A DNA stretch of 64,000 bases from Acidobacteriota bacterium (lineage in GTDB: Bacteria > Acidobacteriota > Terriglobia > Acidiferrales > UBA7541): contig QHYQ01000243.1 in the NCBI GenBank assembly GCA_003224175.1, forward strand, positions 8,835-72,834, read 5' to 3'. Within the stretch, counting starts at the first letter, position 1; every line of letters starts with the position of its first letter. A model generated the notes under the pieces. It worked only from the letters and a program-made list of their open reading frames with translations, was not told the origin of the DNA and did no database searches. The translations under genes and the position numbers were made by a program. This document shows positions 46,864 through 55,977 of the stretch, in pieces.

Positions 46864-48153
46864 TCAACTTCGCGAAACAAGAGAATCGCGGCGGATATTC
46901 GCGACGGATGCCGCTCCCGCCTCGCCCATGATGACTTGCAGTTCGCGCCGCAGCAGTTCGATCACTGTTTCAACGCCTTCCTGGCCGAAAGAGGAAAGGC
47001 CCCAGATGTGCGGCCTGCCGATTCCTACCGCGGTCGCGCCGAGCGCCAGCGCTTTGAAAACGTCCGCGCCCGATCGAAAACCGCTATCGATAAACACAGG
47101 TATCTTGCCTCCGACACCTGCCATGACCTCGGGCAAGCATTCGATCGTTCCTCGGCCGCTGGCATCTTCATGGCCGCCATGGTTAGACACGAGCACGGCA
47201 TCTACTCCGTTCTGCACCGATAGCTTCGCGTCTTCTTGAGTTACGATTCCCTTCAGCACTAGCTTCATGCGAGTCATGTCCCGCACGCGCCGGACGTCGT
47301 CCCAATTCAATTTGATACTATTCTCGCCTCGAAGAGAACCGATTGCCCCCACCACATCCATAGGCGTGCCGGGCGCAATTCTGATGACCTTTGGCAGATT
47401 TCCGTGGCATCCCACGCAGCGTGAATCGGCCTCGCGGTCGAGATTCGCTACGCCGGCCCGTTGCAGCGACTTGGCGCCGATCGTATTGCCTCCCCCGTCA
47501 TCGATCGTCCAAACCAGTGTCGGGCATCCTGTTGCTTCAATGCGCTTGACCAGCGGTCGGTCGAGCGTGTCTCCCAGTCCTGCCACCCAAACCGGCTCAC
47601 CGCGCGCCACGACCACATCCTCGATCGCCTTAGGATCGGAGACGATCACCTGCGATCCGGCCAGCACTTGCAGCGTGCGCGTGGCCTTCGCGGCTCGAGC
47701 TACAACTACGGCTCCCTGCGGATAATATGCGTTCATCCGGCCGACAGGACACAGGAAGATCGGGGAGTCCCAGGTAATCCCGAAAATGCTAACCGATTGG
47801 TCGACCTTGCTGATACTCGTCAGCCGGCGCAGCCGAATCGCGTATTTCGAGAAACCCTCACGGTTCGCTCGGAGCGTCTCGTTATTGAACGAGCCGTCCG
47901 TGATGAAAGTATAGTGAGCTGGTGAGAGCTTTGTCCGCGCGACCGCGTCGAAATCGAAGACACTAAGCGCTTCTTTCACGGACTTAATGATGATTTCATT
48001 TTGCCTGTCCAGGGCTACCGAATCCTGGGCCGTGGTTTCCTGCATCAGATCTTCTACCCATCGAGATGTGAGCCCCACATATGCCAGGATTGGACTAGCG
48101 GCCAGGTAGCTTAGGAATGCACGACGATCGCGTAGCCGGTTCGAAAGCAGCAT
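46864..48153 (-). CDS. FMN-dependent alpha-hydroxy acid dehydrogenase/oxidase family protein with a twin-arginine signal
   Basis: 429 aa. The N-terminus reads MLLSNRLRDRRAFLSYLAASPILAYVG and the FMN_dh motifs read VLVSNHGGHEDASG...IPVFIDSGFRSGADVFKALALGATAVGIGRP. Confidence 0.8.
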   Translation of the reverse strand: MLLSNRLRDRRAFLSYLAASPILAYVGLTSRWVEDLMQETTAQDSVALDRQNEIIIKSVKEALSVFDFDAVARTKLSPAHYTFITDGSFNNETLRANREGFSKYAIRLRRLTSISKVDQSVSIFGITWDSPIFLCPVGRMNAYYPQGAVVVARAAKATRTLQVLAGSQVIVSDPKAIEDVVVARGEPVWVAGLGDTLDRPLVKRIEATGCPTLVWTIDDGGGNTIGAKSLQRAGVANLDREADSRCVGCHGNLPKVIRIAPGTPMDVVGAIGSLRGENSIKLNWDDVRRVRDMTRMKLVLKGIVTQEDAKLSVQNGVDAVLVSNHGGHEDASGRGTIECLPEVMAGVGGKIPVFIDSGFRSGADVFKALALGATAVGIGRPHIWGLSSFGQEGVETVIELLRRELQVIMGEAGAASVANIRRDSLVSRS

Positions 48154-48377
48154 AAACTCGCTCTCCTTGTGCCATTTTTTCCTTTAGCAGGCGACGTTAC
48201 TCCCACATAAACGTGCCTTATCGCGGGCCCTAAAAGGCCGGCGGGCCCAGTATGCCCCGAAAATATCGACAAATATTTAAGTCTATCTTCAGCTTGCGCC
48301 AACTAGCGTATCCCGCACTGCCCATCAGTGGCGGTCAATTCCCTTTCGTGCACGACGCAGAGCTGAGGAGAGATTCT

Positions 48378-49472
48378 ATGTCACAATCGAAGTTTCTGGG
48401 CACCTTGCGCTTGGCTTTCTTACTTGCGTTCTCGCTTTTGCTTTTTTCTCCTTCCGTTGTTTCTGCCGCGCCGCAGGATTCGGGCTATCGGGTGATCCGA
48501 ACCATCCATCTAGGCGGCGAAGGCAACTGGGACTACGTGACGGTCGATGCGGATGCCCGGCGCGTTTATGTCCCCCGGAGTACGCACATCATGGTGGTTG
48601 ACGAGGATTCGGGAAAGCTCATCGGCGACATCCCGGGCATGAACGGACTGCATGGCGTTGCCGTGGTGCCGGAGTTCAACCGCGCGTTTGTGACGGGCAA
48701 CAAGACGGAGCAAGAGGGCACGATCTACATTTTCGATTTGAAGACGCTCAAACTGACCTCATCGATCAAGTCGAACAGCATCGATACCGACTCGCTGATC
48801 TACGATCCGCTCACCAAGCACGTTTTCGTGAACAACGGCGATGGGATGAACCTGACCGTGGTTGACGCCGCGACGGAGAAAGTCGTCGGAACCATGGCCT
48901 ACAATGCGAACCCCGAGGCGGCGGTCTCTGACGGCAAAGGGAGCATCTTCCAGGACCTCGAAGATAAGCGCAGTGTGATTGAATATGACGCGAAGACGCT
49001 CACAGTCAAGAATAAGTGGCCCACTGGCCCATGCGTTTCGCCTGTTGGCATGGCCATGGACAGGACTCACCGCCGGCTCTACGTAAGCTGCCGCGGTGAA
49101 GGAAACGTCCCGGGTGTGCTCATTGTTATGAACGCGGATAACGGCAAAGTCTTGACCTCAATGCCCATCGGAATCGGTGTGGACGGAAATGTATTCGATT
49201 CAGGGACGGGCGACATATTTGCCACTTGCCGCGATAGCGGAGATGGGAAGACCGGCGCAACTTATGTGTTCCACGCGGACTCGCCCGACAAGATCAGCTT
49301 GGTGGCGACCGTCAAGACGATCTACGGTGCTCGCACGGTGGCGCTGGATCCGAAATCTCATCACATATTTTCGATTGGCACCGAGCAAAACGAGCCTCCG
49401 GCACCCGGGGCCAAGAACCCCCGGCCGAGACCGGTGCTGAGCACGTTTGAGCTTCTGGAAATCGGGAAATAG
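48378..49472 (+). CDS. Secreted YncE/YVTN-type beta-propeller protein
   Basis: GAGGAG ribosome-binding site and ATG at 48378. The signal peptide is LAFLLAFSLLLFSPSVVSA, with repeated RVYVP.../HVFVNN.../RLYVSC... blades. Confidence 0.7.
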   Translation: MSQSKFLGTLRLAFLLAFSLLLFSPSVVSAAPQDSGYRVIRTIHLGGEGNWDYVTVDADARRVYVPRSTHIMVVDEDSGKLIGDIPGMNGLHGVAVVPEFNRAFVTGNKTEQEGTIYIFDLKTLKLTSSIKSNSIDTDSLIYDPLTKHVFVNNGDGMNLTVVDAATEKVVGTMAYNANPEAAVSDGKGSIFQDLEDKRSVIEYDAKTLTVKNKWPTGPCVSPVGMAMDRTHRRLYVSCRGEGNVPGVLIVMNADNGKVLTSMPIGIGVDGNVFDSGTGDIFATCRDSGDGKTGATYVFHADSPDKISLVATVKTIYGARTVALDPKSHHIFSIGTEQNEPPAPGAKNPRPRPVLSTFELLEIGK

Positions 49473-49937
49473 GCGCAGAGAGCAAGCCAGTAAATCCCGT
49501 GCCGGGAGTCCGAGCGACGCTTCGTGCTTCGCGTGGCTCTGGTATGCTCACATGCAATGCATCGAACAGCCTAGAGCCAGCGGGACGGGAAGATTCACGT
49601 GCCCTGCTACGCCGGCTCCTCTTTCGACGAATCTTATGCAGCGCGTTAGGATTCCAAATGCGCGGATTGTTGGTTATATCCGTGCGGTCCAGCAAACCTC
49701 TATTTCGCGAGTCGCCGCGTTCTACTAGGACCCCTGGAAGGAGTAAGCTAAGCCGATAACACACGACACGCTGGACGGCATCTCTCCGTTGCAGCATCGC
49801 AAACGAAAATTGCGATGAGGGACCCCGGTTTGCGGATCAGCGTTCGCCTGACTCACGGTCGTGTGACCGCGAGCCTGCGCTTACCGAGGGCGAAGAGAAT
49901 TTCGGAGAGACATTCGAGCCGAGGAAGGAGAAGGATA

Positions 49938-51023
49938 ATGGAGAATTTTGAGCCGGATGCGCGAGAAGCTGCGATTGGCCGCCGGGATTTTATCAAGCTG
50001 GGTGCCGGCGCAGGCGTGATGATGGCGCTCGACTCCCGTGGAGCAGCGGCGCAGGGCGCAAGGGCCGAACCTGTGTCGATTGATCTCCATACCCACTGGG
50101 TGCCAGAGGCTTATGACAAAGCTCTCGCTCAACTGAAGCGGCCTACGCCCGCCAGCAACAATCCGCTCGAATTCGATCTGGATAAGCGGCGCAAATGGAT
50201 GGATGAGCACGGTGTGCAGATGCACGTCCTGACGTTGAGCGGCGGTATGCCTTGGCAGTGGGTGCCGCCGGACGTGGGCGCGCACCTCGCGCAAATCATC
50301 AACGACGCTGCCGCGGAAGCGCATAATGCATTTCCCGACCGCTTTGTTGCAGGTATCGAACTCTCCATCCATGACCCCCAGCTCGCTTTGAAGGAATTGA
50401 ACCGCGTAGCCGGCAAGCCTGGTCTGCGCGCGGTTCACCTGCCCAACTCCATCCAGGGACGCGATTACTTGTTCGAACCCGCCTATGCGCCGCTGCTGGC
50501 TCGATGTGAGGAACTCGGATACCCACTTCTATTTCATCCGCTGGATGGAGAAGCCAATTATTACGTTGGAAAACAAAGGCTGGCGGACCCGTTATCGGTT
50601 TCGGCTGGCTTGAGCAACTCGCTCGGCTTTACCTTTGAAACTGCGACGACCGCTGCCAAATTCATCGCGACCGGCACATTGGATAAATATCCGCGATTGG
50701 AAATAGTGCTGCCGCATTCCGGCGGCGTCTTTCCCTATATCGCGGGTCGGGGGGATCGCTACATGATGAATAGCAAGTTCAAGCTGCAACGTCCGGTAAG
50801 GGAGTACGTCCGCCGATTTCATTACGACGCGCTTACGTTCTACCCTGAGACCCTTCGCTTCCTGATTGGGCTGGTTGGATCCGATCGCGTGGTGATCGGC
50901 ACGGATAATTTCGCTCTTATGGACGTTGAATCACCGAATGGCCTGGTTGAGCAATTGAACCTCCCACCAGCGGACCGGGAGCGCATCTTGAAGGGCAACG
51001 CGGCGAGGCTCCTCCGTCTTTAG
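49938..51023 (+). CDS. Tat-signal amidohydrolase_2 (ACMSD-like) family metal-dependent hydrolase, copy 1
   Basis: GGAAGGAG ribosome-binding site and ATG at 49938. The N-terminus is MENFEPDAREAAIGRRDFIKLGAGAG, with the metal motif IDLHTHW. Confidence 0.8.
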   Translation: MENFEPDAREAAIGRRDFIKLGAGAGVMMALDSRGAAAQGARAEPVSIDLHTHWVPEAYDKALAQLKRPTPASNNPLEFDLDKRRKWMDEHGVQMHVLTLSGGMPWQWVPPDVGAHLAQIINDAAAEAHNAFPDRFVAGIELSIHDPQLALKELNRVAGKPGLRAVHLPNSIQGRDYLFEPAYAPLLARCEELGYPLLFHPLDGEANYYVGKQRLADPLSVSAGLSNSLGFTFETATTAAKFIATGTLDKYPRLEIVLPHSGGVFPYIAGRGDRYMMNSKFKLQRPVREYVRRFHYDALTFYPETLRFLIGLVGSDRVVIGTDNFALMDVESPNGLVEQLNLPPADRERILKGNAARLLRL

Positions 51024-51091
51024 GATCGGGGCAAAGCTTGGCACAAACGTATGACTCGGGTGGGGAAAAGAAAGCAGAAAAGGAGCTCCAC

Positions 51092-52249
51092 ATGGAGGGT
51101 TCTGAAGCGTTCTTGCGAAAGGCCACAATCGCGCGTCGAGAATTCCTTAGGATCGGGGCGGGCGCCGGTGCAGGCGCAGTGGCAACAGGGGGCGCGCTGG
51201 CTTCTAGCCAAGCATCAGCCCAGACTTCGGCCAAGACGTCGGCGCAGACATCGGATCAGCCGTGGAACGCGCCCCCACGCGGAAGCATTCGTCCTGTTTC
51301 TATTGACGTCCATACTCACTGGGCGCCTGAACCTTACGTCAAAGCCCTGGCCGAATTGGGGCGGCCGCAAGGCGGCGATCCACTGAATTTCGATCTGGAC
51401 CGGCGGCGCAAGTGGATGGACGCGCACGGGGTGGAGATGCTCGTTCTGACGCTGAATGGCGGCATGCCCTGGCAATGGGTGTCGCCGGAGGTGGGTGCGC
51501 ATGTCGCGCAGGTCGTCAACGATGCTGGAATCGAGGCTCACACGGCATTCCCAGACCGTTTCATCGCGGCAGTCGAGTTGCCTTGGCACGACAGGCCGCG
51601 TGCCTTGAAGGAACTGAACCGCGTAGCTGGCAAGCCTGGCGTGCACGGTGTTCATGCGCCCAATTCCATCCAGGGGCGCGACTACTTGTTCGAACCCGCC
51701 TATGCGCCTCTGTTGGCGCGAATCGAGGAACTCGGCTACCCCATCGTGTTTCACCCGCTCGATGGAGACATCAATTATTACGGAGGGCCGGAAACCAGAG
51801 TGGGAGATCCGCTTTCGGTTTCATCCGCGATGAATAACTGGGTCGGCTTTACGTGCGAGACCGCCACTACTGCGGCCAAGTTCATCGTGAGCGGCACGTT
51901 GGATAAATATCCGAAGTTGGAAGTCGTCTTACCGCATTCCGGCGGCAGTTTCCCTTATCTTGCCGGACGGCTCGAGCACGGCCTGGAACGAAGCAAGTTC
52001 AAGGTGCAACGCCCCTTCAAGGAGTATGTCCGGCGATTTCATTACGACTCCATCACGTTCTATCCGGAAACCCTCGGTTTCCTGATTAGCCTCGTCGGCG
52101 CCGACCGCGTGGTAATCGGTACGGACAACGCCTTCGGCGCCAATCAGGCCATCGAATACCCGAATTCGCTGGTCGAGCAGCTGAACCTCCCGGCGGCAGA
52201 CCGCGACCTTATCTTGAGGGGCAACGCCGCGCGGCTGTTCCGTCTGTAA
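51092..52249 (+). CDS. Tat-signal amidohydrolase_2 (ACMSD-like) family metal-dependent hydrolase, copy 2 (tandem paralogue)
   Basis: AAAAGGAG ribosome-binding site and ATG at 51092. The N-terminus is MEGSEAFLRKATIARREFLRIGAGAGAG, with IDVHTHW. Long stretches are identical to copy 1 (NRVAGKPG, PNSIQGRDYLFEPAYAPLLAR, GGMPWQWV). Confidence 0.8.
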   Translation: MEGSEAFLRKATIARREFLRIGAGAGAGAVATGGALASSQASAQTSAKTSAQTSDQPWNAPPRGSIRPVSIDVHTHWAPEPYVKALAELGRPQGGDPLNFDLDRRRKWMDAHGVEMLVLTLNGGMPWQWVSPEVGAHVAQVVNDAGIEAHTAFPDRFIAAVELPWHDRPRALKELNRVAGKPGVHGVHAPNSIQGRDYLFEPAYAPLLARIEELGYPIVFHPLDGDINYYGGPETRVGDPLSVSSAMNNWVGFTCETATTAAKFIVSGTLDKYPKLEVVLPHSGGSFPYLAGRLEHGLERSKFKVQRPFKEYVRRFHYDSITFYPETLGFLISLVGADRVVIGTDNAFGANQAIEYPNSLVEQLNLPAADRDLILRGNAARLFRL

Positions 52250-52502
52250 AACGGTTCCACTTGCCCGCTGCCCACTTCTCAAAACCGGCGGTGCGTCGAG
52301 GTGTCTGCGGGCGAAAAGATATATAGGCGTGACCACGTCCAATAGTAGGCGTCCTTAACACTCGCGTTCGCTCGAAGGCACGTTATGTAAAGATTGGCAG
52401 AGTTGCGGCACTGCTAGGTGCTGCCAGCCACTTTGCGTTCGGCCTTCGGCAGCCTTCGATCCTATGGTAATATGAGATGTTAAAGGGAATGCGGGAGGCC
52501 GC

Positions 52503-52940
52503 GTGAAGGCCAAGACGAAATTCGGAATTGGCATCGGCATCATTTTGGTTTCGCTGTCGGCTCTGGCCTGGATGGGCGCGCGGCAGAGCCAGACGTATTA
52601 TCACACCGTTGCCGAGATCTCCACCCTCAATGCTGCGGCCCTGCATCAACGCATCCGCGTAGGCGGCGATGTGGCTGCGGGATCGATCCAGCATCTGCCG
52701 GGGCGCGTAGATTTTATCCTCAAGGAAGAGGGCAAGACGCTGCCGGTCAGCTACGTGGGGTCGGATCCGCTGCCCGATACTTTTAAAGATGGCGCACAGT
52801 GCTTGATCGAGGGCCACGCCATGCCCGATGGACGTTTCGTCGCCGAACAATTGCAGGCCAAGTGCGCCTCGAAATATGAGGCCGCTCCCGGCGGCACGGA
52901 GTCGTCGCAGCCCGCTTCCAGCTCGGACCGCAAGAGCTGA
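52503..52940 (+). CDS. ccmE: Cytochrome c maturation heme chaperone CcmE, variant with CxxxY
   Basis: 145 aa with an N-terminal anchor, an OB-fold region (IRVGGDVAAGSIQH...PDTFKDGAQCLIEG) and a C-terminal QAKCASKYE where canonical CcmE has AKHDENY. Confidence 0.85.
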   Translation: MKAKTKFGIGIGIILVSLSALAWMGARQSQTYYHTVAEISTLNAAALHQRIRVGGDVAAGSIQHLPGRVDFILKEEGKTLPVSYVGSDPLPDTFKDGAQCLIEGHAMPDGRFVAEQLQAKCASKYEAAPGGTESSQPASSSDRKS

Positions 52941-52967
52941 CTTTCGCCGGAATTTAGGGGGACGTCG

Positions 52968-55028
52968 TTGGACCTATTTGGATCATTTGCCCTGCTGCTG
53001 GCATTTCTGTGCGGGCTGTATGCCTTTGGCGGGGGCATCGCGGCCATCGTCACGCGGCGTCCGCTGCTGATCAAGAGCGCACGCCACGCCGGCATGGCCG
53101 TTTGCGTTCTTATTTGGCTAGGCTTCGGCAGCCTGGCTTATCTTTTCCAGACTGACAACTTCTCCATGGCCTACGTCGTGGAGCACAGCAACCGCACGCT
53201 CCCGGCGTTTTTCAAATTTGCGGCCATCTGGGCGGGCCAGCAAGGTTCGCTGCTGTTCTGGAGCTTCCTGCTGTCGATTTACGTTTTCTCGGTTTTGGTC
53301 ACCTACCGCGGCAAGCATCCCGAACTGATGCCTTACGTCGGGGTGGTCATGGTGGGGGTGCAGCTTTTTTTCCTGACGCTGAATAATTTCATCGCCAGCC
53401 CTTTTCAGATATTGGGTTCGGCCGCGCCCAGCGGGGCCCTGCAGTGGATTCTGCGCGCCGACGGCAATGGCCTCAATCCGCTGCTGCAATATCCGGAGAT
53501 GGTCATCCATCCGCCGATTCTGTATTCCGGCTACACCGGCTTTACCATTCCGTTTGCGTTCGCGCTGGCCGCGCTGCTGGGCCGTTATCCCGGGGAGAAG
53601 TGGATTCACCTCACGCGCCGCTGGACCATGATCGCCTGGGGCTTCCAGGGCGTGGGCATTTTGCTGGGCGCGCATTGGGCCTATGCGGTGCTCGGCTGGG
53701 GCGGTTACTGGATGTGGGATCCGGTGGAGAACGCGTCGCTGATGCCCTGGCTGACGGGCACGGCGTTTCTGCATTCGGTGATGATGCAGGAAAAGCGCGG
53801 GATGATGCGGGTGTGGAACGTATGGCTGGTCTTCACCACGTTTTTGCTCACGATTTTCGGAACGTTCCTGACGCGCAGCGGGGTGGTGAATTCCGTGCAC
53901 GCCTTCGCGCAATCGAGCATCGGCCCGTGGTTCCTGAGCTTCATCGGCCTGGTGCTGCTGGTGTGCTTCGTTTCCTTCTGGCGCAATCGCGACTATCTGC
54001 GCAGCGACAACACGCTGGATTCGCTGGTTTCGCGCGAGTCGAGCTTCCTGTTCAACAATTTGATTTTGCTGGTGGCCTGCGTGGCGGTGATCTCCGGCAC
54101 ATTGTTTCCGGTGCTCTCGGAATGGGTGCGCGGAACCAAGATCAGCGTGGGCGTGCCGTTCTTTAACACCATCAATCTGCCCATCGGCCTGTTTTTGCTT
54201 TTCCTGACGGGCGTGGGACCGCTGCTGGCCTGGCGGAAGACGTCCCTGGCCAGCCTGCGCAAGAACTTCGGCGGGCCGCTGCTGATCGGCATGGTGGTCG
54301 GCGTCGTGGGGATGGCGCTGGGCCTGCGCAATTTCTACGTGGTGGTTTGCCTGGCTCTTTCCGTCTTCGTGACGCTGACGATTCTGCTGGAGTTCTATCG
54401 CGGCGCGCGCGTGATCGCCTCGCGTGGCAATTCGAATCTCCTTTCCGGCGTCGCGCAACTCACCATGCGCAATACCCGCCGTTACGGCGGCTACGTGGTG
54501 CACTTCGGCATCGTGCTGATCTTCATCGGCATCTCCGGCACGGCCTTCAATCAGGATAAGCAGGCGGACATGCCGCCGGGCGCGCAGATGCAGATCGGGT
54601 CCTATCGGCTCACGCACCAGACTTTCGACAGCACGGAACTGCCGAATTATACTTCCGAGCGCGCCACCATTGCCGTCGATCGCGGCGGTAAGCAGATCAT
54701 CATGCTGTATCCGGAAAAGCGCTTTTATCCGTCGAACCAGGAATCGGGAACCATGGTGGCCATCTACTCCACGCTGAAAGAAGATCTGTACGTCGTCTAT
54801 GCCGGCCACAGCCCGGAGACGCAGCAGCCGGTGATCCACGCCTATTTGAATCCGCTGGTGAAATGGATTTGGCTGGGCGGGGCCATTGTGGTGCTGGGCA
54901 CTTTGCTGGCGCTGGTGCCGAACCGCCAGCCCATGCTGGCGCTGCGCGCCGTCCAGGAACCTTCCCGCGCCGCGCCGGCGCTGTCTCCCGCGCCCGCCCC
55001 GGTGCAGCATTACGATGGCCATGATTGA
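52968..55028 (+). CDS. ccmF: Cytochrome c heme lyase subunit CcmF
   Basis: 686 aa, polytopic, with the WWD motif WGGYWMWDPVENASLMPWL. The start codon is TTG. Confidence 0.95.
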   Translation: MDLFGSFALLLAFLCGLYAFGGGIAAIVTRRPLLIKSARHAGMAVCVLIWLGFGSLAYLFQTDNFSMAYVVEHSNRTLPAFFKFAAIWAGQQGSLLFWSFLLSIYVFSVLVTYRGKHPELMPYVGVVMVGVQLFFLTLNNFIASPFQILGSAAPSGALQWILRADGNGLNPLLQYPEMVIHPPILYSGYTGFTIPFAFALAALLGRYPGEKWIHLTRRWTMIAWGFQGVGILLGAHWAYAVLGWGGYWMWDPVENASLMPWLTGTAFLHSVMMQEKRGMMRVWNVWLVFTTFLLTIFGTFLTRSGVVNSVHAFAQSSIGPWFLSFIGLVLLVCFVSFWRNRDYLRSDNTLDSLVSRESSFLFNNLILLVACVAVISGTLFPVLSEWVRGTKISVGVPFFNTINLPIGLFLLFLTGVGPLLAWRKTSLASLRKNFGGPLLIGMVVGVVGMALGLRNFYVVVCLALSVFVTLTILLEFYRGARVIASRGNSNLLSGVAQLTMRNTRRYGGYVVHFGIVLIFIGISGTAFNQDKQADMPPGAQMQIGSYRLTHQTFDSTELPNYTSERATIAVDRGGKQIIMLYPEKRFYPSNQESGTMVAIYSTLKEDLYVVYAGHSPETQQPVIHAYLNPLVKWIWLGGAIVVLGTLLALVPNRQPMLALRAVQEPSRAAPALSPAPAPVQHYDGHD

Positions 55029-55566
55029 CGCACATCACGCCAACTTGCCGTGTCCTTCTGAGGTCAGGGCTTGGCGCATCGCCGTGCTGATTCTTCTCGC
55101 CGCGGCCATGGCCGCCGCGCCTCTTTTCGCGCAAGCTCCGGTGCAAACCTCCGACCGCGCGCGCACGCTGGGCAAGCAGCTCATGTGCACGTGCGGCTGC
55201 GGCGATACAGCCGGATCGTGCAGCCATCCCGGCGCGGCCTTTTCCGGCCCCTGTGAGATCGCCAAGGCCAAGCTGAAGGAAGTGGACGAGCGCATGTCGC
55301 GCGGCGAATCCGACAGCGCCATCCTGCAAGCTTTCGTGCAGGAGTATGGCGAAGCGGCGCTGGCTGCGCCGCCCGCACGCGGCTTCAACTGGTTCGCCTA
55401 TACCTTCCCGGCCGTCGCCTTTGCCATCGGTCTGGCCTTGGTGCTGATGGTTATTCGCCAGTGGCGGCATCGTATGGTCATGGCGCCGGCTTCCGGGCCG
55501 GGGGTTTCCGCGGAGATGCTGGAACACGCGCGCCGCCAGATCGAGCGCGAAATGCCGGATGATTGA
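55021..55566 (+). CDS. ccmH: CcmH/NrfF-like cytochrome c biogenesis protein with an atypical Cys cluster
   Basis: The signal is IAVLILLAAAMAAAPLFA, followed by LGKQLMCTCGCGDTAGSCSHPG...CEIAKAKLKEVDERMSRGESDSAILQAFVQEYGEAALAAPP plus a C-terminal transmembrane helix. It overlaps the ccmF end by 8 nt. Confidence 0.65.
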   Translation: MIDAHHANLPCPSEVRAWRIAVLILLAAAMAAAPLFAQAPVQTSDRARTLGKQLMCTCGCGDTAGSCSHPGAAFSGPCEIAKAKLKEVDERMSRGESDSAILQAFVQEYGEAALAAPPARGFNWFAYTFPAVAFAIGLALVLMVIRQWRHRMVMAPASGPGVSAEMLEHARRQIEREMPDD

Positions 55567-55584
55567 AGGCTGGACTCCCGCCGC

Positions 55585-55977
55585 ATGGCAATGAACCTCC
55601 TGACCATCCGCTTCGTGACCGCCGATATCGACACGCTGGCGGTGCTGGCCTGCGTCGCGCTCACGGCCGCCACGCTGATTTTTGTCTTCCTGATCCAGCC
55701 CGATCGCGGCGATGCGGCTCCCCGCCGCTCGCGGCTCGATCAGCTGATGGAGCGCCGCGACATCATTTACGACAATTTGCGCGATCTGAAGTTTGAATAC
55801 CGCACCGGCAAATTCGCCGAAGAAGATTACGAGCAGATGAAGCAGACCCTGGAAGCCGAGGCCGCGCTGGTGCTCGCGGAAATCGAGCGCGTCACCGAAA
55901 GCCCCGGGTTATTGCCGCGCTCCGACGCGGCCGTGCAGGGCCGCGCGGTGCCCGCAGGCCCCCGGGCAGGGAGTTGA
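55585..55977 (+). CDS. Small membrane protein in the ccm operon, resembling the N-terminal part of CcmI
   Basis: 130 aa with one transmembrane helix (LAVLACVALTAATLIFVFLI) followed by RRDIIYDNLRDLKFEYRTGKFAEEDYEQMKQTLEAEAALVLAEIE. Confidence 0.45.
   Translation: MAMNLLTIRFVTADIDTLAVLACVALTAATLIFVFLIQPDRGDAAPRRSRLDQLMERRDIIYDNLRDLKFEYRTGKFAEEDYEQMKQTLEAEAALVLAEIERVTESPGLLPRSDAAVQGRAVPAGPRAGS

Noticed and set aside
53118-55022. 634-aa minus-strand ORF
   Set aside because: It is entirely antisense to ccmF, which has a clear WWD motif. Its translation is low-complexity and R/H/Q/A-rich, as is typical of antisense frames in GC-rich DNA.
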